From Hyaloraphidium curvatum SAG 235-1 (lineage: Eukaryota > Fungi > Monoblepharomycota): 64,000 nt of DNA. The position numbers and the translations under genes are program-made. The notes under the pieces are model-generated. The model had not been told where the DNA came from. It made no database searches and worked only from the letters and a program-made list of their open reading frames with translations. Positions 14,109 to 26,811 of the stretch are shown in pieces (the stretch's first letter is position 1; every line of letters starts with the position of its first letter). The stretch covers positions 434,001-498,000 of the forward strand of contig JAIVFI010000018.1 in assembly GCA_025558095.1 (NCBI GenBank), read 5' to 3'.

Positions 14109-17100
14109 TCAGAAAGCATTCCGGCTCCGGATCTCCTCCAATTTCCGTGCGACCTCAGCAACAGTGCGATCGAGCTGCTCCGCGATCTCATTCTTCTTGT
14201 CCAGCGGGAGAAGGTTGAACTGCTCGCACAGATCACCGTCGACCACGTTGCGCACCGTCACGTAGGAGGATCGGTACGCGATGTGGTTGCGGCCGAGGAG
14301 CGGCGGAGCCGTCACCCGCATGTGCATCTCCAGGTTCTGGAAAAAGTCCACATCCTCCTTCGAAACGAAGGGGACGAGCATACCGATGGAGCCAAAGAAG
14401 GTCGTATACGCCAGCACCTCCCTCGCCCCGGTCGTCAGGGTGGCTTTGCCGATGCTGGTCACCGTGTCGCCCACAAACATCTCGCAGAGGTGCTGGAGCT
14501 GGGGGCAGAACGGTTCAGACACACGTTAGCAAATGTGCTCGCGGCACACACCTTGAACGGTGCGCCTTGCAGGTACGGCTTCTCGTAAATGAGCTTGTTG
14601 CCCGTCGGATCGTCCTCGAGGTCCGTGGACACCTCGGTCGGCAGCCGCACCATCCAGACGTTGCCAAACTTGTCGCCGCCGGCGATCGTGTCGTAGTCCG
14701 TCATGGTCGTGCAGGTTGTCCATCGCGGGATGGTGTCGTCGGCAAAAATGGTGATGCGGTTCTCGTTGTGGTGGTACATGGCAAAGTGCACGGACTCCTG
14801 AATGTCGCCAATGATGATTCGATCGCCCTGGGTGTGGAGATTTACGACGGCCTGCGGAATATGCTGGGCAAGCGCGACGCGGTGAGCGCAAGTCAGACCG
14901 CTTTCGTGAGTGGAATACCTTGTTTTCGCACTTGCGGAGCAACTTCTTCTTGCCCAAATCGTAGATGCGGAGAATCCTGCCCATGCCGACCAGAAGCCGC
15001 CCCTGGAAAGCACAGACGGCGTAGGGAACGTCTTCCAGGGCCGTCGCATGCAGGAGCTCCAGACGCCGGCCCTCGTCAACAATCCTGTACAATCGAATGA
15101 ACCCGCTGGAGCAGGTGCGCGGCGAAAGCACGACATCCTTTCCGGTGCCGACGACGACCAAGGCCTCGGTCGGGTTGGCGGCAAAGACGGCAATCGTCAC
15201 GCTTTCGGGAGGTCAGCGACGTCGGGGGAAGGGCCGGTGCACACCCACCAAAAGGCGGCCTCGTTGTCATCCAGCTCGAGAACGTGGGTGGTTTCGAAAC
15301 CGCTGAACGGATCAAGGAGACGTATGCAAGATCCCCATTTTCCGGCCTCTGCTCGCGGCAGGCCAAACTGCTCTGGAGGGAGTTCGGCGACCGCGTGACC
15401 ATTCCCGTTCCCATTGGCGGCAGAGGGACCTTCCAAAAGCTTCCTCTCCGAAGGGCACCGCGTGTTATGTTCCGCTTCGATGATGACAAACTTGCGAGCC
15501 ACGGGGTGGTAGATGAAACGGCGCGGGGTGTACTTCAGAGGGACCGAGGTCTGGTTGAAAGTGACTCCCAGCTTTTCGACCGTCAGGATCCTGGAGGTGC
15601 GGTCGCGTAAGCCGCGAACCGGGTCCCGAAGCCGAAGGCAGCGCACCTGAGCGTGTTGGCCGAAATGGCCACAATGCCTTCAGGGCATTGTTCCGAACAG
15701 AAGCTGGAACCCCACTCGAGGTGCTCGTACCTGATAACCGAGTGTCAGACCCTGCAACCGCAGAGACACCGCTACCTACGTGAGCGGCACCAGGCGATTC
15801 CGCCCCTGGTATGTGTACGCCAACCACGGTCTGGCGCTGAGCGCAAGCACGGCATTGGATCTTCCCACGCTGACTTTGAAGAGCTTCACCGGCCTGGCTC
15901 CCAGGAAGCGGATCCGGGTGTCAGAGAGCCCCGCGGTGACGGTGTCGACCACAGTGCGGAGGAGAAGACCGTTCTGCAGGCCGATGTAGAGGTAGAGGGT
16001 TGCGGCGTCGGCATATTGTGAGGTGTCGAAGAGATCGGTCAGGAGCAGGGACTCGGGAATCGCGTTAACAGCCTGCGGCCACGTCAGTTCGATCCCGAAA
16101 CAGCCATGCTCGTTCCCACCTGCATGCCAAGAGGCTGCAATGTGGTGTCGGGATCCAGGGATAGAAGGCGGACGGTCATGTCGGTGCACCCGACGGCCTG
16201 GAAACGCCGAGGATGATGAAGCGCCGACGACAGCCCAACCATCAACAAACACTCACCAAGAATCGACTGCGTAGGCGCCCCTGTTCCACCTTGGCAAGTG
16301 CCAAGCAAGTGATTCCAGCGCCTCCAACGTCTCTCCGTTCCTGGAACTCGTTCAGGTGCCCGGCCTGGTCCAGCTCGAAGTAGACAAGCTCGCCGCCTGT
16401 GAGCGCAATGACGACCTGCCGCTCGTTGCAAGCAGCCTTGACAATGTGGCGGCCACCGGGAGTCTTCCACTCGTTCACTCGGCGGTCGCGCCGGATATGG
16501 CGGAGACCCTGGGGATAGATCTGCAGCAAGGCATCGTCCCCAAGCTGAGTGACGGCGAGCGTGGGAGTCGTGCCAAGGAAACCCGTGTCCGTCACTTCCT
16601 CGACCGTTTCTCCAATGGACAGGACGAGCGTGGCGTTCACGAACGAGACGACGATGTAGGAATCGAACTCCTCTGTGCAGGAGGTCAGCTAGCGCCTTCA
16701 ACCCAAAAGCGCGGGCAAAACCAACCCTGGCTCGTAGCTTTCACGGTCCACACAGCGTTGGGATTCCCGGGAAGCTCGCTCACGGCCATCTCCGAAACCT
16801 CCAAGCCGTGCTTGAGCATACGGAACGTGCTCCGCCCACCCTTGCCGCACAGCGCATAGAATTGAGGCGCGTCCTCGTCGGTGAGGTTCAATATCTTGGC
16901 GTCCACCAAAGGGGCGTACGATTCCAGCTCGTCCACCGGAGCCAGGTTACGCAGACCGCGCGGAATGAAAGTCACGGTCCCGAAGTCGAAATCCTCGTCC
17001 ATGTCCTCGTCCTCCACGGGCTGCGGGAACTGGTTGGAGAGATACTCGGTCTGGGAATCGTCGTCGTCTCCGAGGTCCTCGATCTGATACAGAACGCTGG

Positions 17101-18333
17101 AAGCAGCGCGTGAGCGAAGAACGAAACCGGCCACGCAGACCAGGGCCAACTCACTGGTTGCCAAACTCGCTCGCAACAAAGAGAAAGCCCGACTTCAATA
17201 GGCACAGCCCGGCGGAAACAGGCACGGTGTCGTAGTACTTGATGACGACCGTGTCCACACCTCCCGTGGGTCCTTCAGCGCGCGTCGGGAACCGCAGAGT
17301 GATCTTAAAGATGTCGCCATCCTCCGTTTGGGCAAAGATGAAGAACTGGTTCTTCATCTTGTGTGTGACGGCGCTGACGATGAGGCGCCCCGCCGAGGCA
17401 CCCGGCCGCCGAGGAATGGGCACGCGGACCGCGGGAAATCCCTGGTTCCGCCACGTGACGAAGCCCTCGGAACAAACCAGGACGCCGGAAGGCCCGTCCG
17501 TCCCTCCCGGAATCGCGATGAGCATATTCGATCGGGGATCAACGGGGTCGGACCACTTCCGAATAACGTGGTTCAGGCCCAAGTCCAGCTCGTAGAAGAC
17601 GAGCATCTTTTCGGTATTGGCGAAGGCTTCCCCGGTCGGGTCCTGGTCGGACTCGGAGTAGTCCACCTCCAGGGCAGCGAAGAGCGGGTTCTCGAAGCCG
17701 ACATCCACGCCTACAACGTGGTGGCAGATGTTATGGGATTTGTGGGCTTCCAGCGGCGAGGAGATGGTGAGCTTCGCGGCAGCGTCCCGGTTGAGGATGT
17801 AGACGAACTTCTGCTTCTCGATCGCGCCTGCGCGAATGTCAGAGGGACGCCCGCCGGACCTTCAGCGGAAGCCACTCACCGATCAAGACAGCTCGTCCCT
17901 TGGGGTCCGCAGCGAGGTATTCTCCCGGTACGATCCTCCTCACGCCGCTTTTGCCGAACGTCTCCTGGTGCACCTTTTCCAGCGCGTTCTTGGACGCGTT
18001 GTACTCCAGGATCGTGATCCTCCCCGAGTCGGAACCCGCGATGATGTAGTCTGGCGAGCGGCGTGAGATGTGCCACTGCTTCCGAGCGCGTGGAAGCCCA
18101 CCCTTGGTCGAGCCAGTCAGCCGGAAAGCGGCGATGCTGCGCGTTACGCCCATGACATGGTGCGTGAGCAGGCTCTGGACCTTGCCCGTGGTCGCGTCCA
18201 CCCGCAGCAGCTCCAGTATGCTTCCGGCACCCCGCGTGACTAGGATCTCCTGCTGCTTCGAGCCGGAGAAGTTGCCAATGGCAGTCAGGCCGATGCCGGT
18301 CGGCTGCTGCAGCGTCAGGTTGTAGAGGTGCAT
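14109..18333 (-). CDS. RSE1: U2 snRNP splicing factor SF3B3/Rse1 (multi-exon)
   Basis: MHLYNLTLQ; [28 protein letters not shown]; [16 protein letters not shown]; C-terminal [13 protein letters not shown]...[11 protein letters not shown]. Confidence 0.97.
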
Positions 18334-18559
18334 CGCGACGCCCGGGGAGACTCCAAGGCCCCTAGGGCCGGGCTGGTCGAGCCTCCCTCCTCTGTCGCAC
18401 AGCTGCGACTGGTGAAGGTACCGCAGTCGGGGTTCGTTTGCGACTACTGATCAACCGGAGCAAGCAGCAACAAGTCCACAACACGCAGCAGCCAAGTGGA
18501 TGCTGCTGGCCCGCTTCCTCCTCCCCCGCCCGATTCCACACCTCCGGCCCACGCGTTCC

Positions 18560-19680
18560 ATGTCCAGTCACGTCGATATCTTCAACGGTACGTCATCATG
18601 GACGCGTTCGTAGGCTAGGGGACGCTCAGCGAGATGCCTCCCACAGGCGATGCCGACGGCATCTGCTCGCTGGTACAGATCCGCCTGGCGGAGCCGCTTC
18701 CCGAAGGCAACGGTCCGAACCAGCACAGGATCGTGACCGGGGTGAAGAGGGACATTGAGCTGGTGGAGAAGGCGGCCTTGAAGCCGGGCGACGTCGCGAC
18801 GGTGCTGGACATTTCGATGGACAAGAACAAGAAACCTCTCCTAGAGGCGCTCGCGGCGGGGTGCAGGGTGCTCTACATTGACCACCACTTTGCCGGTCCG
18901 ATCCCGGAGGACCCGAACCTGACGCACCGGATCGACGAGAGCCCGGAATGGAACACGGCTCTGCTCACCAACGCGCACCTCGGGGGAAAGTTCCCGCTGT
19001 GGGCGGCCGTGGGGGCTTTTGGAGACAATGTGCCGGAACCTGCGCGGCGGCTGGCTAAGGAAAACGGGCTGACGGACGAGCAGACGGATCTCCTGGAGAG
19101 GCTGGGGACGTACATGAACTACAACGGATACGGTGCGACCGCGTATGCTCAGCCCGCCAAGGCGCTGACTCGTTCTGCTGCAGGGCCTTCGGAAGATGAC
19201 CTTCACTTTACCCCCGCGGAGCTGTACAGGCTCACGAGCAGGTACAAGAACCCGCTGGAGTTCGTCTCTCGGGAGCCCGAGGTGTTCGCCAAGCTCGAGG
19301 GAGGCTACAACGACGACATGGCCAAGGCATCCAGCCTGCAGCCCGTCAAAGCGACGGCCAGCGCCGCGGTGATAATGCTGCCGGATGAGAAGTGGGCGCG
19401 GCGCGTGTCGGGGGTCTATAGCAACGACCTCGTCAACCTCTATCCGCACCGGGCGCATGCCGTTATCTCGCCGAACCCCAGTGGGGGCTACCTCGTGAGC
19501 GTGCGTGCTCCATTGGACAGGATCAAAACCGCCCCGCCGGCACACGAGCTGGTGAGGAAGTTCCCCACGGGCGGCGGGCGCGCAGCGGCGGCGGGGATCA
19601 ACAACCTGCCGGAGTCGATGCTGGACTCTTTCGTCGACACATTCATCGCCTACTACTCGGAAGACGGGCAGAAAATGTAA
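18560..19680 (+). CDS. DHH-family phosphoesterase, proteobacterial type
   Basis: After removing introns 18588-18646 and 19133-19183: DIFNGDADG, TGVKRDI, LDIS, YIDHH, NYNGYG..DDLHF.P, RRVSGVY.N, VSVRAPL, FPTGGGRAAAAGIN. Confidence 0.88.
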
Positions 19681-19754
19681 GATGTAATAACTGACCACAC
19701 CGTGCCGCAAGCGAGCTCTCCATCTGTATACCCGGCCCAGTCCGACCCCGCGCC

Positions 19755-20236
19755 TCAAGCCTTTTTCTTTTCCGGTAGCGGGGTGTACGGCACAGGCTCC
19801 AAAAACGCCATGATGACGTATCCGATGACAACGACGTTTGCCATGAGAGCAGCGGCGAGGGCGGACCAAGAGGTGTTGACTGAGGGCGCCAAAAGGAGGG
19901 AAGTGAGACCAGCTGCCGGCCAAGATCCCAGCGAGATCCCACCGACGTCCGCCTTGTTGTCAAAGATGTTCGCGAGCACCCAGTAATAGGTCAGGATGGG
20001 CAGGCTGAACATGAGGATGGTGAAAATGACCAGCTTGACGATCGTGGATCTGCAGGTGGCCGAATACCGCTTCGCTCAGCACGAAGAGCCTCCATCAGAC
20101 GAAATGAAGCCGACCTGGGAACCTCAGGCCGTCCGGAAGTCCAGTCGTCCTGCCCCCGGCCGGCGACAGGCCGTATCCGCGAAACGTTGTCGGAAGACTT
20201 CCCGAGGATGTCCGCGGTCGCGTTACGCTGGTCCAT
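19755..20236 (-). CDS. VMA21: V-ATPase assembly factor Vma21
   Basis: IVKLVIFTILMFSLPILTYY, SALAAALMANVVVIGYVIMAFLE, C-terminal dilysine KKKA*; start codon tentative. Confidence 0.8.
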
Positions 20237-20298
20237 CGCAGCAAAGCAGGAGGTAGGAGGGTGTCGAAAGATCTAGTCTGGATACTCCTTTGCAGGAA

Positions 20299-22476
20299 AT
20301 GGCGACGTTGAGCCTCGTTGGAGCGATCTCGTGCGCGTCGCCCGGCCGGCGGCTCGCTCCTGCACGCGCCTTCCCATCCGTGCCCCTTCGCACCGCGATG
20401 GCGGGACCGCTCGGATTGCCGCCTTTAGTAGCGACGTTTTCGATGCTGCCTCCCGCGTGCCTGGAGCGCGTTTGCGACTTCCTGGACCGCGGCTCGCTCT
20501 CCGCCTGCCTGCTCTCATGCAAGGCCCTCTCGTGGCCCGCAGTGAGGCGTCTCTGGCGCGAACCGCCCGCCCACACGTCATCGCGGGCCCTGTTCCACCT
20601 GGCACGCACGCTGCGGCCGCAAGAGTCGTGTGCGGACCCGCCGAATCGCACGCACTTCGACTACGCTGCGTACGTCCAGGTCCTCAACCTTTCGCGCCGC
20701 TGGATGGAGAAGGAGCACGCATGGATCTTCGACCACATCATCCGCTGTGTCGGCCCGAACCTGCGCTCGTTGTCCATCCGATATGCGATCGCGCGGCGCC
20801 TGCGGAACCGGGGTTTCGAGATCGCCTTTTCGTGCCCCGGCCTGGTCGCCCTGACCATGGACCACGAAGACCCCGCCAACCACAACCTGCTGCCGGAGCC
20901 GATGCCGAATCTGCGCGTTCTGCATCTGCATCGCATTGAGCAGTGCACCAAGACGCTCCTCGTTCGCGCCCTCACCCTCTTTGGCGGCCGCCTCACCGCC
21001 TTCTCCTTCAACTGCTCCGACTTCTCCGAAGTCAACGATGACACGCATCTCGAGGAAGACGAGATCGTTACCATGTCGAACGCGCTTTCCACCGTCACGA
21101 AGCTGCGCCTCTCCCTGCCGACTTTCATGGGCCACGACGATCGCATATACTGGCGCATCTTCGTCTTCGAGACCGTGCGAAAGGCGCAGTTTGAAGAGCT
21201 GGCGCTGCACGACGGGTTCGATCAGGAAGCGGAACCTGCCTTGCCCGACAACCTGAACGAGGAAGACGAGGCCGCTCTGGACTTCCCGGACGACTTTGAC
21301 GAAGAGACCGCCTTCGACTTCAGCCGGATGCAGGACACCGCGAACGGAACCGTCACGCCGTACACGATGCAAGCGCTGCTGCGGCGCTCCGGTGCGGCGC
21401 TGCGCTCTCTCGAGATCAAGTCGGACGGCTTGTCGCCGATGGGCCTCCGGGACCTGCACCTGTGGGCCCCCTGCATTTCGAGGCTTGTGTTGGCTACGAA
21501 CCAGCTGGATGACAACTGGGACACGATTTTCTGCGACGTGATTGCCCTGTTGCGCCGCTTGGATATTCTCAGCCTCTCTGGCTTCCCGGAAGTTTCGGAC
21601 CACACCGTCGTCGAGCTCCTCAAGACGTGCAGGCCACTGTTCAGCCTGGAGCTCCGGATACGCGGCGTGCTGCTCGTGGATCGTTCGCCGCTCGCCGACG
21701 TCATTCTGCACCGTCATGGCCGGACTTTGGAGAGCCTCCGGGGATACGCCGACATGAGTCACGAAGCAATCGGCCGGTTTCTGCACCGGCTGGGCCGCGC
21801 GACTTGGAAGTCGAAAGCCTATGGCCTGCACCCCATGGATCCCCGCATTCAAGTCCCGATCCGCACCGCAATCTCCGAGGTGGTCCTCGACTACACCCAC
21901 GAGTACGAGCGGCATCCACTGCCCGGCTGGATGTGGCGCTTGGCGTCCAGAATCGAAGAGACCCCGGACGTTGGTCCCGAAGACCCTTCTTGCGCGTACG
22001 ACACGATTCACCTCCGCGGGGCGCAGCTGCGCACGATGATGTTTGTCGACAGCATCGAACGGTTCGGCCTGTGGCTCCTGGGCCAGGAGCGGGCCCGTTC
22101 GCTGAGGATGAAGGAGGAGGAGCGGCGGTACAAGGAGATCAAGGCCATGGGACGGGCGGCGGCGGCGGTTGCGGCGGCTGCCCGCGAGGGCGGCAAGAAC
22201 AAGGGCGTCGTCCAAGCCGCGCCCGATGCCGAAAACGACGACGCCGAGACCTCGGATCTGTCCGATCTCGAGGAGGACGTGCAGACGGAGGCAGATTCCG
22301 AGAACATGAGCCTGCAGGCATCCGGCTCGGGTGGCCCTGGCTCAGAGCCGCAGCCTCCGAGTGTTCACTACGATTCCGATGGCCGGGAAATCATGTCGGA
22401 TGCCGACACGGAGGCCGAAGACTGGGAAGGCGAGGCTTCTGCGGAACCCCCGGCCAAAAAGCAGCGCCACGAGTGA
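20299..22476 (+). CDS. F-box/LRR (RNI-like) protein with acidic tail and C-terminal NLS
   Basis: F-box-like LPPACLERVCDFLDRGSLSACLLSCKALSWPAVRRLW; FDYAAYVQVLNL; LxxLxL repeats; PPAKKQRH; single long ORF, start may be a downstream Met. Confidence 0.75.
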   Translation: MATLSLVGAISCASPGRRLAPARAFPSVPLRTAMAGPLGLPPLVATFSMLPPACLERVCDFLDRGSLSACLLSCKALSWPAVRRLWREPPAHTSSRALFHLARTLRPQESCADPPNRTHFDYAAYVQVLNLSRRWMEKEHAWIFDHIIRCVGPNLRSLSIRYAIARRLRNRGFEIAFSCPGLVALTMDHEDPANHNLLPEPMPNLRVLHLHRIEQCTKTLLVRALTLFGGRLTAFSFNCSDFSEVNDDTHLEEDEIVTMSNALSTVTKLRLSLPTFMGHDDRIYWRIFVFETVRKAQFEELALHDGFDQEAEPALPDNLNEEDEAALDFPDDFDEETAFDFSRMQDTANGTVTPYTMQALLRRSGAALRSLEIKSDGLSPMGLRDLHLWAPCISRLVLATNQLDDNWDTIFCDVIALLRRLDILSLSGFPEVSDHTVVELLKTCRPLFSLELRIRGVLLVDRSPLADVILHRHGRTLESLRGYADMSHEAIGRFLHRLGRATWKSKAYGLHPMDPRIQVPIRTAISEVVLDYTHEYERHPLPGWMWRLASRIEETPDVGPEDPSCAYDTIHLRGAQLRTMMFVDSIERFGLWLLGQERARSLRMKEEERRYKEIKAMGRAAAAVAAAAREGGKNKGVVQAAPDAENDDAETSDLSDLEEDVQTEADSENMSLQASGSGGPGSEPQPPSVHYDSDGREIMSDADTEAEDWEGEASAEPPAKKQRHE

Positions 22477-22544
22477 TGTAGTGATATCCCACAACCAGAA
22501 TGTACAAATCGCGCAGCTACCCGCATCAGCAGCGCACGCACACA

Positions 22545-25500
22545 CTAGGCCGCAGCCGATTGGTACTTCCCGACAGTGTTGAGCGCGACAATGATGAACC
22601 CGGCCGAGTTGTTGTCGAGCTTGACGATGGCATCGCTGCCGTCGATACCGATTAGGTTGCCCAGAGCGCCGCCGTTGTCCTTGCTGTTTTGAAGGATCTT
22701 GATCCTCTGCTTCTTCTCCGGCTTGACCGGATCCAGGCTTCCTCCGGGCACGGCGACGGCGTCGCGAGAATCGACAAGGACGACCGTGCACATCCTGTTT
22801 GGTCCAACGCTGCGGATAACCGCCTCCTTTCCGGCATGCGGGCCCTCCTTGATCTTGACGACAACGTCCGCAACGACCCAAGCACCGTCGCTGCTCCCAG
22901 CCGCCGTGGCCGAAGCTGGAGAGAAGATGGCCGGGTCAGCAATCGGACGGCAAAGACTCCCAGTCCAAACGCACCTTGCGCAGCCTCCGGCACGAAATCG
23001 TTGGGCGCCGGCGTCGGGGCACTGTATGGTGTAGGCGCACTGTAGGGCGTCGGGCCGCCGTACGGCGTCTGGGCGTTCGGGTACGGCGTGAAGGGGCCGG
23101 TGGGAGGAACACTCTGGGGGTTCGGGTACCCTCCGGCAGAGTAGCCTGTGGCACCTGGAGTCGGAGCGCCGTAAGTGCCGGGCGTCGGGGCACCGAAGCC
23201 TTCGTAAGTGGCGCCGGGCGTTTGGGGGAATGCACCCGGAGTTTGGGGAAGGTAGGGAGTCTCGACCTGGATCGCGAATCAGTTCCGTGATCCCCGCTCG
23301 GACCCGAGCAACGCAACCCACCGCATGCGAAGTGTCGCCCGGTGTCGGCGGAATGAATTCGCCGTACGAGTGATCGTTGCGCATGTCACGGCCGCTCTCG
23401 TACGCCGGTTCCCTCGCGCCGGGGTCCCAAGCCGGCGTCCGCCCGCCCGAATCGTACGCCGGCGTCTTGCTGCCAATGTCCCAGGCCGGCGTCTTGCTGC
23501 CGGCGTCCCACGACGGGGTGCGGTTGCCCAAATCGTACGCCGGCGTCCTGCTCCCGACGTCGTAGCCCGGCGTCCGCGAGCCTGCCGCGTAGCCGGGCGT
23601 CCGGTTTCCGGCATACGACGGCGTCTGCGCATAGGACGGCGTTTGTCCACCCCCGTGCGACGGCGTGGCGCCGCCGAAGCGCGCCTGGATCGGGGTGTAC
23701 CCGCCGCCTCCGCCGTAGCCGCCCGTGACGGGCGCCCTCCTCGGCACCTTGCCGTCCGCATCCGTCAGGATGAGCGTGTCAAGGGGCACGCGCACCATCT
23801 TGGACGTGGCGTGCAGCTCGACGCGCGCCTCGCTGCCCGTGACCGACTTGACGACCCCCACGTACCCCTTGTTGGGCCCCCGCGTGATCGACACGGATTT
23901 ATGCAGCATCGGGTGCCGCCCCATGGGTCCCGACGCGCCCAGCGGGCGGATCTGCGGCGCGCTCGGCGTGGCAAACTGCTGCCCGTACCGCGACGCCTCT
24001 GGCGCCGCGCGCGGCGGCGGCGGCGGCATGCCCCCCCGCCCTTTCTGGTCCTTTTTGCTGATGACGGTGATATCCCTGTTGCGCGCGATGAAGACCCCGT
24101 CGTTCTCGGGGACGTCCCGAGAATGCAGGAAGGCCTGCTGCCGGTAGATGTGCAGCACCTGCGCCGGCTTCTGCTGCTCGCCGACCGACCCGGCGAGGAC
24201 GACCGTGTCGCCCTGCGACACGGGCATGTTCTTCGAGTCGGAGCTAACGGCCCGCTCGCTGTCCCGCTTCCGCAGCACGTCCCTCCCAGAGACCTTCCTG
24301 ACGTTCCCGAACTGGTCGAGCACCGTGAGCACGTCGTTCTGGATCTGGATCACGCAGCCGACCACGTCCGTCCCGATGTCGAGCAGGTCGTGCACCTCGT
24401 ACATGGACGAGTAGGTGCCGGCCAGCGTCGCCTCGGTGGCCAGCCTGAGGTAGTTGGTGAAGACCTCGAGCGACTTGCGCGTCGAGTCCGAGATGAGCAG
24501 CGCCGTGTTGCCGCTGATCTCGACGATGAGGCCCGTCTCGCCGAGGTACTGGCCGTTGACCACGCGCACGTGCTCGCCCGTTTTGAAGTTCTTGGCCACC
24601 TCCTCCGGCTTGAGCGGCGTCGACAGCGACTGGTCCCCCACGGAGATCTTGACCTTGATCAGGTCCCGCTCGAGCGCCTCGACGGTCCCGACCGCGCCCT
24701 TCATCGCCCCCGACACCACGCGGATCCCCTCCCCGACCACGAAATCGTCCACGGAGATGCGCTGCAGGTTCCTGTCGGATTCCGAGAAGCCCTGGATGTC
24801 CACGCCCGTTCCGCCGTTGAAGGCCTGTCGCTCGTCGAACGTCGGCGCTGGGATGCTGGTGTCGAGCGACCGCACGCTCGTCGTGCGCACGGCGTAGCCC
24901 TGCCGGTCGAAGAACTCGCCCGCGTAGTAGTACTGCCCGTAGTCCCTGTTCTGCGGCTGCGAGACCTTGCTGCTGTACCTGAGGGGGAGGAATGGGTGAG
25001 GCAACACTCAAAAGGTCGACCAGGCAAAGGCGCTCACTGGGGATCCTGGGGGTTGAACAGCTTCTGCGGCGGCCGGATCTGCGACTTTTTCCGCTTCTTG
25101 TCGCCCCGCCCGCCCGACGCCGCCGCGCCGACCGGCTCCACCCTCGGCACCAGCTTGATGACCACCTTTTCGTTCTCGGGCTGCACCTCGAGCACCTGCG
25201 CCAGGTCGCCGGCGTACTTGCCCTTGTTCACGCGCACCCAGTCCCCCGCCTTCATCTTGAGCTCGGGCTTCTTGATGACCAGGAGGCCGCTGTAGTCCTC
25301 GGGCGAGAGGATGGAGACCTTGCTGCCGCCCTTGCCCAGGTAGGCGTAGCTGACCTGGAAGAAGGCGTCCAGCACGTCCTGCTTCCTCCGCGCTTCCACG
25401 TAGACGTGGCCCTTGATGTTGTCCTTGAAGAAGACCGAGTTGATCTGCAGCGCCTTTGCGGATCCGGCCGAGGACAGGACCTGCTTCGACACCTCCTGCA

Positions 25501-26382
25501 CGATCTCGGCCTCGTGGCCGTTGGCGCACTTGATCAGGAACATGGTCGGATCGCCCTCGACGGGGTTTCGGTCCAGCAGCTTGCGCTGCACGAAGGAGCT
25601 GTGCGCCTCGGAGAAGTTGTCCGAGTAGCGCGAGCCGTAGCGCTGCGCAAACATCTCTGCCATCTCCTCGGGGGCCATCTCCTGCTCCTGCGCGCGCTTG
25701 CGGTCGGCCTGCTGGTAGATGGTGCGGTCCTGCGCGATGCGCTCGAGCTCCGCGATCTCCTCCTCTGGGGACCCGGGGGAGCGGGTCAGCGGGCGGGGAA
25801 CGCGGGAAGCTGGCCGCAAACCGACCGTTGCGGTCATCCTCGTCCTCGTCCAAGTCGTCCTCATCCTCGTCTTCGTCCACCGCTGCCTCGGTATCGAGGA
25901 AGGTCGCGGCCTTGTTGCGCCGGCGGCGCTTCCGCCGTTTGCGCCGGCCCTGCTCCTCGTCCGCCTCCTCCTCCTCTTCTTCTTCTTCCTCCTCCTCCTC
26001 GGAGTCTTCCTCCTCCGAGCCCTCCTCGCTGTCCTCCTCGTCCTGTATCGCGTGGTCAGCGGGGGAAGGGGCCGGGTGCCCCGCGGCAGCCCACCGTCTC
26101 CTTTGCCGACTCCTCGTCCGGCAGGTTGTCGTCGTCGTCCTCCTCCTTCTCCTCGTCCTTCTCGCCGGCGGGCGCCTCCCGCCCGCCGGAGCGGGCCACG
26201 CGCGTCGTCGACGCGGTCAGCTGCACGTCGTCGTCGTCATCCGAGTCCAGCAGGTCCTCGTCGCGCACGCGCGCCGCCGGCTGCCCCGCGCCGTCCTCGT
26301 CCTTCGAGCGCCGCGGCGCCTCGCGCTCGTCGTCCTCCGGCTTGGGCGCGACCGCGCCGCGCGGCGACGAGCCGCCGTCCAT
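22545..26382 (-). CDS. SPT5: Transcription elongation factor Spt5 (acidic N-terminus, NGN, KOW repeats, CTR repeats)
   Basis: NGN IKGHVYVEA; KOW motifs GDWVRVNKGKYAGDLAQV and RPPQKLFNP; CTR repeats GSRTPAYD/GSKTPAWD; start tentative. Confidence 0.93.
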
Positions 26383-26811
26383 CGCGGGAAGGCGATGCGC
26401 TGCCGGGGCCGGGGCCGCCTACGCGGGGCAAGAGAGCGCTCCTACTGGCAGCAAGGCTTCCGATAGGCCCCAGACACACCCGCAGAGGGCGGGGAAGTAT
26501 GGGTACGTCTTCGCTCTCGCCCGCTAGGCAGGCGGTGATCATCGTCCGCGCAGCCCTCCGCAACCCTCTCCCGCTGCCGCACCTCTGGAGCCTCTGTCCG
26601 TTTCACTGGCTCAAATCTACTGGAACATCATCTCTACTGATCGTTGGAACGGCTGGCGGACCGATTCGGGCCTTCACGCCCCCCCAGTTCGCACATCGGG
26701 CGACGCCACCGCGGACGTCCTCGGGACGCTCCCAGCCCCTCTTCCACAACATTGTCGCCCATTCGAAGACCCGTGTTGTGCTTCTCGGTGGATCCGCTGT
26801 ACTAGTGCCCG

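Noticed and set aside
23390-23680. Short periodic repeats resembling a CRISPR array or minisatellite
   Set aside because: They encode the Spt5 C-terminal G-S-R/K-T-P-A-W/Y repeats; no unique spacers and no cas genes
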